NCBI GenBank assembly: GCA_049674125.1
Contig: JBATYN010000260.1
Coordinates: 1 to 33,708 of the forward strand
DNA: 33,708 bases
Origin: Pseudolabrys sp.
Lineage (GTDB): Bacteria; Pseudomonadota; Alphaproteobacteria; Rhizobiales; Xanthobacteraceae
Direction: 5' to 3'
Positions 1-8,215 of this stretch are shown in pieces (the stretch's first letter is position 1; the number at the start of each line of letters is the position of its first letter). The translations under genes and the position numbers were made by a program. The notes under the pieces were generated by a model. The model was not told the origin of the DNA, did no database searches, and saw only the letters and a program-made list of their open reading frames with translations.

Positions 1-959
1 ACCCCATTGAGGATCTCGACCAGCCAGGGTAGCGGGTGCGGTTTCATCTGATTGTACCCACCCTCCGTGGCCTCGAAATATCCGAACACCGTTGGAAGCC
101 GCAGCTGGGTGAGTCGCCAATCGGCGACATAGCGGACGTATGCATGAATGTCGCCCGGACTCATGCCGTTGATCCCGCCCAGGCCGAAAGCGAGATCGAC
201 GAAGCGCTCCTCCAACCCGACCATCGTCTTGGCGACGTCGACAATATCGTCACGCACGGCGCGGGTGACGGCGCCCGTCTCGCGATCCCATTGGTGAAAT
301 AACTTAATGACCCTTTCGCAGTGCAGGCTTTCGTCACGCACAGACCAGCTCACGATCTGGCCCATCCCGTTCATCTTGTTGTGGCGCGGGAAATTGAGCA
401 GCATTGCGAAGCTCGCGAACAATGACATGCCTTCCGTGAAGGCACCAAACATCGCCAGCGTGCGGGCCACGTCGGCCACCGTATCAACGCCAAACTCGTG
501 CATATAGTCGGCCTTCGCGCGCATCTCGGCATAGTCCCGGAATGCCTCGAATTCGGCTTTTGGCATCCCGAGCGTTTTTAAAAGCAACGCGTAGGCGTCG
601 ATGTGCACCGTCTCCATATTGGTGAAGGCGGCCATCATCATCTGTACGGCAAGCGGTTGAAAGATCGGGATGTAACGCTTGAGATAATTGTCGCCGACTT
701 CAATATCGGATTGCGTGAAGAACCGAAATATCTGCGTCAGCAGAGCGCGCTCATTCTGCGTCACGCGATCCGACGCCCAGTCCTTCAAATCAGCACCGAG
801 GGGGACCTCCTCGCCCATCCAATGGGTTTGCTGCTGACGTTTCCAGAATTCGTAGGCCCAGGCGTAGCGGTCAACATCATAGGTGCCGGTCGAATCGAGC
901 AGACCAACACGGCCTTTACCGATCAGTGTACGTGGATCGATGTCAGCCAGGCCGGACAT
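1..959 (-). CDS. nrdB: Class I ribonucleotide reductase beta (R2) subunit, C-terminus runs off the left edge
   Basis: Missing from the ORF track; translated by hand from the ATG at 959, which overlaps the nrdA stop (TAATG): MSGLADIDPRTLIGKGRVGLLD...WAYEFWKRQQQTHWMGEEVPL...FRFFTQSDIEV...NMETVHIDAY...FTEGMSLFASFAML...VRDESLH...HPLPWL. Di-metal ligands (D, ExxH, E, DExxH) and the radical Tyr are present. Confidence 0.95.
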   Translation of the reverse strand, partial: MSGLADIDPRTLIGKGRVGLLDSTGTYDVDRYAWAYEFWKRQQQTHWMGEEVPLGADLKDWASDRVTQNERALLTQIFRFFTQSDIEVGDNYLKRYIPIFQPLAVQMMMAAFTNMETVHIDAYALLLKTLGMPKAEFEAFRDYAEMRAKADYMHEFGVDTVADVARTLAMFGAFTEGMSLFASFAMLLNFPRHNKMNGMGQIVSWSVRDESLHCERVIKLFHQWDRETGAVTRAVRDDIVDVAKTMVGLEERFVDLAFGLGGINGMSPGDIHAYVRYVADWRLTQLRLPTVFGYFEATEGGYNQMKPHPLPWLVEILNG

Positions 960-2917
960 TACTGACATGCCAGGCACTCCTCGTAATCTGCACGCGCCAC
1001 GACCGTAGAAGCAGCCGTGTGTTCATCAATTGCGGCGAGCTTTCCGGCGAAGGACGCTCGAGAGATCGACTTGGAACGGCAGTAGTAGAGACTCTTGATG
1101 CCACGCTTCCAGGCGGTCCAGTGCAGCATGTGCAGGTCCCATTTATCGATGTCCGCGGGAAGATACATGTTTATGGACTGGCTCTGGCAGATGAACGGCG
1201 CACGATCTGCGGCCAGTTCAATGATCCAGCGCTGGTCGATCTCAAAGGCCGTTCGAAAGATTGCCTTCTCATGCTGAGTGAGCATGTCGAGATGCGCCAC
1301 CGAACCCTCGCGCTCGATAATCGATTGCCACACCGCGGGTGTGTCGGCACCCTTTGCCGCAAGCAGCTTGGCGAGGTGCGGGTTGCGGACCGAGATCGCG
1401 CCAGAAAGAGTCTTATGGGTATAGATATTGGCGGGAATCGGCTCGACACAGGCGCTCGTGCCGCCGCAGATGATGCTGATCGACGCCGTCGGCGCAATCG
1501 CGAGCTTGTGGCTGAAGCGCGCCATTACGCCCCGTTCCAGAGCGTCGGGGCATGACCCGCGTTCCTTGGCAAGCACAACCGAGGCAGCATCCGCATCGCG
1601 GCGAATTTTGCGGAACATCTTTAAATTCCAGGATTTGGCCAACGCACTTTCAAACGGAATGCCTTTTGCCTGCAGAAACGAGTGAAAGCCCATGATTCCC
1701 AGCCCGACCGAGCGTTCGCGCAGCGCGGCGTAGCGCGCGCGCTTCATCCCGTCGGGAGCAACGGTGATGAAATGGGTCAGGACGTTGTCGAGGAATCGCA
1801 AAATATCCTCGATGAAATAGGGCACATCGCACCATTGGTCCCAGGTCTCGACGTTGAGTGAGGACAGACAACAGACGGCCGTGCGGTCCTCGCCGCGATG
1901 ATCGGTGCCCGTCGGCAATGTAATTTCACTGCAGAGGTTGGATGTAGATACCTTCAGTCCGAGTTCGCGTTGGTGCCGTGGGAGCGCGCGATTGACCGCA
2001 TCGATAAAGAGCAAATAGGGCTCACCGGTCTGCAAGCGCGTCTCCAGAATACGCTGCCACATCTGCCGGGCGTCGACTTCACGAAGTACCTCGTCGGACT
2101 TCGGGCTTCGCAGGGGAAACATCGCACCGGTCTTGACCGCCTGCATGAAGGCATCGGTGATGTTGATGCCATGATGCAGGTTAAGACCCTTGCGATTGAA
2201 ATCGCCGGACGCCTTGCGGATTTCCAAAAATTCCTCGATCTCCGGATGGTGGATATCAAGATAGACGGCCGCCGAGCCGCGCCGCAGCGAGCCCTGACTG
2301 ATTGCAAGCGTCAGCCCGTCCATGACGTGAATGAATGGAATTATCCCTGAAGTCTCGCCGCCTTTTACGGATTCGCCGATCGATCGTACCTGGCCCCAAT
2401 ACGTGCCGATCCCACCGCCATTGGATGCGAGCAAAACATTTTCATTCCAGGTCGAAACGATGCCATCGAGCGAATCCCGTACCGTGTTCAGGAAACAGGA
2501 GATTGGCAGGCCACGCGGTGTGCCGCCGTTCGATAGGACGGGTGTCGCAGGCATGAACCAAAGTTGCGATATCGCATCGTAAAGTCGTTGCGCGTGCGGG
2601 ACGTCGTCTGCGAACGCGCAGGCCACCCGCGCGAACATGTCTTGAAAGCTTTCGCCGGGCATGAGGTAGCGATCGGTAAGCGTCGCTTTGCCGAAACTGG
2701 TGAGAAGAATGTCCCGTTTGCGATCGAGCTCGAGATCGGCCGGCCGTGGTGGCGCCGCGAGCGGCGCAGGAAGCGGCGCCGAACTCGGACTTTCAGCCGC
2801 CGGCGGATTCAACCGCAAATCCGGTTTAGATTGTCGTGAGACGGCAAACTGTGGTTCGACCGCTCTTGGCGGAACCAATTGCCCTCTTTGGTCAAAATCA
2901 AAATTGAAAGCCATCAT
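959..2917 (-). CDS. nrdA: Class I ribonucleotide reductase alpha (R1) subunit, no ATP-cone
   Basis: Motifs PATPVLSN, ISCFL, SNLCSEI, AVCCLSSLN, IAPTASIS, KSLYY and C-terminal ECLACQ. Start placed at ATG 2917 or 2914 after GGGG, because the GTG at 3001 lies in the riboswitch leader. Confidence 0.95.
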   Translation of the reverse strand: MMAFNFDFDQRGQLVPPRAVEPQFAVSRQSKPDLRLNPPAAESPSSAPLPAPLAAPPRPADLELDRKRDILLTSFGKATLTDRYLMPGESFQDMFARVACAFADDVPHAQRLYDAISQLWFMPATPVLSNGGTPRGLPISCFLNTVRDSLDGIVSTWNENVLLASNGGGIGTYWGQVRSIGESVKGGETSGIIPFIHVMDGLTLAISQGSLRRGSAAVYLDIHHPEIEEFLEIRKASGDFNRKGLNLHHGINITDAFMQAVKTGAMFPLRSPKSDEVLREVDARQMWQRILETRLQTGEPYLLFIDAVNRALPRHQRELGLKVSTSNLCSEITLPTGTDHRGEDRTAVCCLSSLNVETWDQWCDVPYFIEDILRFLDNVLTHFITVAPDGMKRARYAALRERSVGLGIMGFHSFLQAKGIPFESALAKSWNLKMFRKIRRDADAASVVLAKERGSCPDALERGVMARFSHKLAIAPTASISIICGGTSACVEPIPANIYTHKTLSGAISVRNPHLAKLLAAKGADTPAVWQSIIEREGSVAHLDMLTQHEKAIFRTAFEIDQRWIIELAADRAPFICQSQSINMYLPADIDKWDLHMLHWTAWKRGIKSLYYCRSKSISRASFAGKLAAIDEHTAASTVVARADYEECLACQ

Positions 2918-3029
2918 CAACCCCGTGATGTTGGGGCAAAGGCCGAGCGGATGGCTTGTCAGATGACCGGGAGCGACAGCGACCGGCTGCAAGCGACCCA
3001 CCGAGGCACCCCGCCCGAGGACGTCTCGT

Positions 3030-3228
3030 CAATCACGGCAGGTCTCCTGGCTCGCGGGTCGCAGCGGCTGTCGGCCTTCCCGGTGCGTCAGCACCAGTGA
3101 CCAGAACGTGACAGCCACTTACCGCTTACAGTTGCGGGGGCAGCCCCGGCTTTGTCGTTTCCGACGCACCGGGTTCCCTCTTAGCTTCGACTCCTACAAA
3201 ATGTAGAAGCGAAAGACCGTGACACCTA
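3030..3228 (-). ncRNA. Cobalamin (AdoCbl/B12) riboswitch
   Basis: Minus strand reads AGGGAACCCGGTG...GCCGGGGCTGCCCCCGCAACTGTAA...CACTGG...CCGGGAAGG...GAGCCAGGAGACCTGCC (B12 box), with P1 pairing TCACGG/CCGTGA. It sits directly upstream of nrdA. Confidence 0.95.
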
Positions 3229-3301
3229 AATAGGGATGCTGCCGACCACGATTCGTCAAGGGCTTTCCATAAGGACCCTTGGATTGTGGGGACTCGAAAA
3301 C

Positions 3302-4414
3302 TCACGCCGCGAGCTTTTCCAGCTCTGTCAAAATCGCCGAGCCCATTTCCGATGTGGACACGACATTGCTTCCCTCTGACTTGATGTCGGCAGTACGCAG
3401 GCCGCTGGCGAGCGTTGCGGAAATCGCCTGATCAATCCAGTCAGCCTGTTTTCCAAGATTGAAGGAATAGCGCAGCGCCATGCCGAACGAGGCGATCATC
3501 GCGATCGGATTGGCAACGCCTTTTCCAGCAATATCGGGCGCCGAACCATGCACAGGTTCATAAAGCGCCTTGCGCTTGCGGGTCTTGGGATCGACTTCTC
3601 CAAGTGAAGCCGATGGCAGCATGCCAAGCGAACCGGTCAATGTCGCGGCGATGTCGGAGAGCACGTCGCCGAACAGATTGTCAGTCACGATCACATCGAA
3701 TTGCTTGGGCCAGCGCACCAATTGCATGCCGCCAGCATCCGCCAGCATGTGCTCAAGCTGTACGTCCTTGAATTCGCGCGCGTGCAACGCCGTCGTCACT
3801 TCGTTCCACAGCACGCCTGTCTTCATCACGTTGCGTTTTTCCATGGAGGTGACTTTGTTGCGCCGCTTGCGTGCAAGCTCGAAGGCGACGCGATCGATCC
3901 GCTCGATCTCGTAGGTGTCGTACACTTGCGTATCGACGGCGCGCTTCTGACCATTCCCAAGATCGGTGATGGTCTTGGGTTCGCCAAAATAAACGCCCCC
4001 GGTTAATTCGCGCAGGATGATAATATCGAGACCTTCAACCACTTCGCGCTTCAACGAGGATGAGTCAGCGAGCGCCGGATAGACGATGGCAGGGCGCACG
4101 TTGGCATACAGATCCAGGTCTTTTCGTAGCCGCAGAAGACCGGCCTCAGGGCGCACATCGTAGGGCACCCTGTCCCATTTCGGCCCACCAACGGCACCGA
4201 AGATCACGGCATCAGCGGACTTTGCCTTTTCCATCGTGGCGTCGGTAATCGCGACCCCGTGTGCGTCGTAACAGCTGCCTCCGACAAGCGCCTCTTCGGT
4301 GTTGAACTTGTCGGGGCCATTTTTGTTGAAGAACTGAATAACGCGTTTCACCTCGGCCATCACTTCGGGGCCGATTCCATCGCCGGGGAGAAGAAGGAGA
4401 TTGTGGGTCGCCAT
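3302..4414 (-). CDS. leuB: 3-isopropylmalate dehydrogenase
   Basis: [53 protein letters not shown]. Confidence 0.97.
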   Translation of the reverse strand: MATHNLLLLPGDGIGPEVMAEVKRVIQFFNKNGPDKFNTEEALVGGSCYDAHGVAITDATMEKAKSADAVIFGAVGGPKWDRVPYDVRPEAGLLRLRKDLDLYANVRPAIVYPALADSSSLKREVVEGLDIIILRELTGGVYFGEPKTITDLGNGQKRAVDTQVYDTYEIERIDRVAFELARKRRNKVTSMEKRNVMKTGVLWNEVTTALHAREFKDVQLEHMLADAGGMQLVRWPKQFDVIVTDNLFGDVLSDIAATLTGSLGMLPSASLGEVDPKTRKRKALYEPVHGSAPDIAGKGVANPIAMIASFGMALRYSFNLGKQADWIDQAISATLASGLRTADIKSEGSNVVSTSEMGSAILTELEKLAA

Positions 4415-4525
4415 GTACGCCTCGTGGTTACAGACACGCGCGGATTGCTAAAGGCTTGCGGCAGGCTTGGCAACCGGCCATCCGCAGGGCGACACTAGAC
4501 CTTCCGAACCGATCGAGGACGAACC

Positions 4526-5803
4526 GTGCCTCAGCGCAAAGCCAGGGTCGTGATTGTTGGCGCCGGGTTTGGCGGGCTGGAAGCTGCCAAGGCGCTGAAA
4601 CGCGCGGCAGCGGACGTGACCGTGATCGATCGGCAAAATCACCATTGTTTCCAGCCGTTGCTTTATCAGGTAGCGACCGCGGCGCTGTCGCCGGCGGAAA
4701 TCGCCTGGCCGATCCGCCACATTCTGCGTCCGCAGCGAAATGCCACTGTGCTGATGGAAGAAGTGCAAAGTATCGATACCGGAAGGAAATGTCTTCGAAC
4801 GCAGTTCGGTGACGTGCCTTATGACTACCTGGTGATCGCGACCGGCGCGATGCACTCCTATTTTGGCCATGACGCATGGTCGGACTATGCGCCCGGCTTG
4901 AAGCGCATCGAGGATGCCACCCGAATCCGCCGGAGCATCCTGATCGCCTTCGAACGGGCTGAAGTCATCCAGGATCAGGATGAGCAGCGACGCTTGCTGA
5001 CATTCGTGATTGTCGGTGGTGGTGCCACCGGCGTCGAGATGGCGGGGGCGATCGCAGATGTGGCACGTCAGACCCTTGCCGCCGATTTCCGCCGCATCGA
5101 TCCCCGTTCGGCGCGAATCGTCCTGATCGAAGCAGGGCCGCGCCTGCTCCCGACATTCCCGCCGGGTCTTTCAGATTACGCACGCGAAACCCTGACGCGA
5201 GGCGGCGTCGAGGTGAAAACCGGTACGCTCGTTACGAAATGCGATGCGCGCGGCGTCGACCTGAAAGACGGGCGCATCGATGCCGGCACCCTCATCTGGG
5301 CAGCCGGCGTGATGGCCTCGCCGGCCAGCCATTGGCTCAATGCAGAGGCTGATCGCGCCGGCCGGATCAAAGTTAAGCCCGATCTGTCAGTGCCAGGCCA
5401 TCCCGAAATTTTTGTAATCGGTGATACCGCTGCGATCACGAACAGCGCAGGTGATCCGATTCCCGGTATCGCACCTGCCGCAAAGCAGATGGGGAAGTAC
5501 GTCGGCAAGCTGCTCACCCGCCGAATCGCTGGCCGTGAGACCAGCAAGCCATTTCGTTATGTCCATCTTGGTGATCTTGCGACAATCGGCCGGCGCGCCG
5601 CGGTTGTGAAATTCGGGCCGCTTGAGCTCAAGGGCTTTGTGGGCTGGCTGTTCTGGAGCCTCGCCCACATTTATTTTCTGATTGGCCTGCGCAACCGGTT
5701 CGTCGTCGCCTTTAATTGGTTTTGGGATTACGTCACCTTCCAGCGCGGCGCCCGTCTGATTACCGACGTGCCCGACACCGAAGGCTCTGGACGGCGAGAC
5801 TAG
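4526..5803 (+). CDS. ndh: Type II NADH dehydrogenase-like FAD/NAD(P)-dependent oxidoreductase
   Basis: GAGFGG, FQPLLYQVAT, second Rossmann motif GGGATGVEMAG, WAAGV, IGD, LATIGR and a C-terminal amphipathic WLFWSLAHIYFL segment; GTG start after GAGG. Confidence 0.85.
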   Translation: MPQRKARVVIVGAGFGGLEAAKALKRAAADVTVIDRQNHHCFQPLLYQVATAALSPAEIAWPIRHILRPQRNATVLMEEVQSIDTGRKCLRTQFGDVPYDYLVIATGAMHSYFGHDAWSDYAPGLKRIEDATRIRRSILIAFERAEVIQDQDEQRRLLTFVIVGGGATGVEMAGAIADVARQTLAADFRRIDPRSARIVLIEAGPRLLPTFPPGLSDYARETLTRGGVEVKTGTLVTKCDARGVDLKDGRIDAGTLIWAAGVMASPASHWLNAEADRAGRIKVKPDLSVPGHPEIFVIGDTAAITNSAGDPIPGIAPAAKQMGKYVGKLLTRRIAGRETSKPFRYVHLGDLATIGRRAAVVKFGPLELKGFVGWLFWSLAHIYFLIGLRNRFVVAFNWFWDYVTFQRGARLITDVPDTEGSGRRD

Positions 5804-5864
5804 CCGACGCGACACTGGGCAATGGCAAAGGATGCAATTTCTGGCATCCAACCGGGAGACGAAT

Positions 5865-6353
5865 ATGAGTAGCTCACGCAAAAAAATCTTGTCGGCAGCA
5901 ATCCTTGCTGCGGCGCTTGTTGCGGTGCAAACGACTTCACGTGCCGTCGAGCTCGATCCAAAGGCGGTGGTAGTCAAACTGCCGGACCAAATCGTCTGGG
6001 GCCCGGTCACTCCAGCCGGCAATCAGCAAGCGGTGCTATTCGGGGATCCTAACAAACCGGGGCTCTATGGAGTCATGGTGAAATGGCTTGCCGGCAATCA
6101 TTTCAGCAAGCCGCATTTTCATCCCAATGATCGCTTCATCACAGTGCTGTCAGGGACATGGTGGGTTGGCTCCGGCCCGGATTTCGATCCCGCCAACGCC
6201 AGTGTACCGATGCCGGCCGGCTCGTTCGTGACCCATTACGGCAAGCAGGTGCACTGGGATGGCGCCAAAGATGTCGATGCAGTTCTTCTGATTGTTGGCG
6301 ACGGCCCCGCTAATTCGACGCCGTTCGGCGTGCCGCCGACTACAACCCGCTGA
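5865..6353 (+). CDS. Secreted cupin-domain protein
   Basis: GGAGA RBS before ATG 5865; signal peptide (RKKILSAAILAAALVAV); cupin motifs PHFHPNDRFITVLSG and MPAGSFVTHYGKQVHW. Confidence 0.8.
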   Translation: MSSSRKKILSAAILAAALVAVQTTSRAVELDPKAVVVKLPDQIVWGPVTPAGNQQAVLFGDPNKPGLYGVMVKWLAGNHFSKPHFHPNDRFITVLSGTWWVGSGPDFDPANASVPMPAGSFVTHYGKQVHWDGAKDVDAVLLIVGDGPANSTPFGVPPTTTR

Positions 6354-7113
6354 ACCAGTTGTAGCCTTTGTCTTCCCAGTATCCGCCGTGATCGGTGTTG
6401 GTGACTTCCATCGCCACCACATATTTCGGATTTTTGAACCCCAATTTGGTGGGGATCCGAATCTTCATCGGAAAGCCGTAGGCACGCGGCAAGAGCTGGT
6501 CGGCGAATTTAAACGTCATCTGCGTCTGCGGGTGCAACGCGCTCGCCATGTCGATGGTGTTCGTGTAGCCCTCCGCACACTTGAACCAGATATATTTGGC
6601 GCGCGTGTCCGCGCCGATGCGGTTGAGGAATTCCGAGAGCTGCGCCCCCTGCCAGGAGCCAATCGCGCTCCAGCCTTCGACACAAACGTGCCGGGTGATC
6701 TGCGAGACCTCCGGGAGAGCGTGCAGCTCATCGAGAGTCCACGGCTTTTTATTTTCGACGAGACCGGCGACTTCCAGCTTGTAAGTCTTCCCGTCGACGA
6801 CGGGCGCTTCGTCTTCATCATAGTAGGCATTGAACGGGAACGGCTTGGTGATAGCGCTTTCGAGAAAAGTCGGCGCGAGCTTGGTGCGGTTGAAGAGCGC
6901 GGCCTGTGCCCCGTCATTCCACTCGGAAACCTTGCGCAACACGCCTTCGGCTGTGTCGCCATCGATGATGTCGCAACCGGTCAGAAACGCGAGCGCGCCG
7001 AGGCTGGCGGCGCCGCGCAGGAATCCGCGCCGGCTGTCGCCAGGCATCAGCTTAGCAGCATCTTTGATCAGAAGTTTTGGATCAACACCGGGAACGATCT
7101 TGCGTTGACGCAT
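6340..7113 (-). CDS. Molybdopterin-dependent oxidoreductase, sulfite-oxidase/MsrP(YedY)-like, predicted Tat lipoprotein
   Basis: Tat motif SRRGFL, lipobox LTGC, putative Mo-ligand Cys in RHVCVEGWS, and GFPMKIRIPTKLGFKNPK and GGYWEDKGY segments; AGGAGA RBS. Confidence 0.9.
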   Translation of the reverse strand: MRQRKIVPGVDPKLLIKDAAKLMPGDSRRGFLRGAASLGALAFLTGCDIIDGDTAEGVLRKVSEWNDGAQAALFNRTKLAPTFLESAITKPFPFNAYYDEDEAPVVDGKTYKLEVAGLVENKKPWTLDELHALPEVSQITRHVCVEGWSAIGSWQGAQLSEFLNRIGADTRAKYIWFKCAEGYTNTIDMASALHPQTQMTFKFADQLLPRAYGFPMKIRIPTKLGFKNPKYVVAMEVTNTDHGGYWEDKGYNWFSGL

Positions 7114-7123
7114 GATGTGTCTC

Positions 7124-7741
7124 CTAGCGCCCAGTAATCATCGCGCGCAGGCTTTTTGGAACGATCAGCGCCAGCGCGACGTGCACAACAAGGAACCCGA
7201 CGATCGCCGCCATCGCAATGAAATGCACGTAGCGCGCGACATCATAGCCACCGAACAATGTGGTCAGTTCCTGAAATTGCACCGGTTTCCAAATCGACAA
7301 ACCCGACAAAACGATCACGATTCCGGCGAGGATCACACCGGAGTAAAGCACCTTCTGCACTGCGTTGTAGTGCGACAGATCATCATGCGCGAGCTTGAAG
7401 GTCAGCGCCGCTTTAATGTCGGCAATGACATCGCGGGGGTGGATCGGGAGAAGCTTGCGGCGAAATCTGCCGGTGACGATACCGAGCGTGATGTAGACGA
7501 TGCCGTTGATCACCACCACCCACATAGCGGCAAAATGCCAGAGCAGTGCGCCGGCGAGCCAATTCCCAAGCGCAAATTGACGGGGGAACGTGAAATTAAA
7601 GAGTGGTGAGGCGTCGTAAATCTGCCAGCCGGAACCGATCATCACCAGGACCGCCAGGGCATTGATCCAATGGCAAATCCGAACCCAGCGCGGGTGGATC
7701 GTTGTGTCGGTAGACGCCATCGTCAGTGTTTCAGCGGTCAT
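7124..7741 (-). CDS. Di-heme cytochrome b membrane protein (Ni-hydrogenase cytochrome b/YdhU-like)
   Basis: Four hydrophobic segments with spaced His residues (ICHWIN, LWHFAA, YVHFIA, VVHVAL) and a YNAVQK motif. Confidence 0.88.
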   Translation of the reverse strand: MTAETLTMASTDTTIHPRWVRICHWINALAVLVMIGSGWQIYDASPLFNFTFPRQFALGNWLAGALLWHFAAMWVVVINGIVYITLGIVTGRFRRKLLPIHPRDVIADIKAALTFKLAHDDLSHYNAVQKVLYSGVILAGIVIVLSGLSIWKPVQFQELTTLFGGYDVARYVHFIAMAAIVGFLVVHVALALIVPKSLRAMITGR

Positions 7742-7788
7742 CGCCCTGCCCTGTCATCTATTCCGTGGTCTTGAGCGAATATACGGTG

Positions 7789-7820
7789 TGGCCGAGCCCG
7801 CGGATGCGCGAACCCGGCCA
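7789..7820 (-). other. 14-bp intergenic RNA hairpin without a U-tract
   Basis: Minus strand TGGCCGGGTTCGCG-CATC-CGCGGGCTCGGCCA; three G-U pairs form only in the minus-strand transcript. Confidence 0.6.
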
Positions 7821-7830
7821 TTTGCCGACC

Positions 7831-8061
7831 TTACTTCTTCATGTCGTCCTTGGACATATTGTCCTTCGACATACTGTCTTTCTTCATCGAGTCCTTGGAC
7901 ATGCTGTCCTTGGCCATCGAATCCTTCTTCATCGAATCCTTGGACGTATTCGACATACTATCCTTCGACATCGTGTCCTTTTTCATATCGTCGGCGAAGG
8001 CCGCCGGCGCAAAGGCCAAACCGGCCATTATGAGGGCCGACAACAGAATGCTCTTTCTCAT
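7831..8061 (-). CDS. Secreted pentapeptide MXKDX repeat protein (Met-rich)
   Basis: GGAGG RBS; signal peptide ending AFA; mature part DDMKKDTMSKDSMSNTSKDSMKKDSMAKDSMSKDSMKKDSMSKDNMSKDDMKK. Confidence 0.93.
   Translation of the reverse strand: MRKSILLSALIMAGLAFAPAAFADDMKKDTMSKDSMSNTSKDSMKKDSMAKDSMSKDSMKKDSMSKDNMSKDDMKK
7834..7986 (-). repeat. Coding tandem repeat with a 15-nt unit, about 10-11 imperfect copies
   Basis: Recurrent ATG NNN AAG/AAA GAY NNN units. Confidence 0.9.
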
Positions 8062-8215
8062 GTGTTATCCTCCGTAATATTGACGTTACGCATCCAGCGC
8101 TATCACAGCACTGATACACGTCCTCATCAGTTTCCCGTTGTTACAAGCTGGCGTTCGCCTCACGGTTTTGTGAGAATAGCGACGCCGGACGCGATCCGAT
8201 GAAGGAGTGGGTTTT

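Noticed and set aside
1..959. Metal-free (class Ie) or Mn/Fe (class Ic) RNR beta variant
   Set aside because: All carboxylate and His ligands and the radical Tyr are present, and the first ligand is Asp
2918..3001. N-terminal extension of nrdA from GTG 3001 in the ORF track
   Set aside because: Falls in the riboswitch leader; the ATG at 2917 or 2914 is a better start
6292..7137. 281-aa plus-strand ORF
   Set aside because: Antisense shadow of the molybdoenzyme gene with no recognisable motifs
7834..7986. Periodic repeats as a possible CRISPR array
   Set aside because: 15-nt coding tandem units with no spacers and no cas genes
8075..8136. CTGATGAG next to GAAAC on the minus strand, resembling a hammerhead ribozyme core
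   Set aside because: GAAA precedes and abuts CUGAUGA, and the possible stem II (GACGT/ACGTC) is followed by AATA rather than GAAA, so the topology fails
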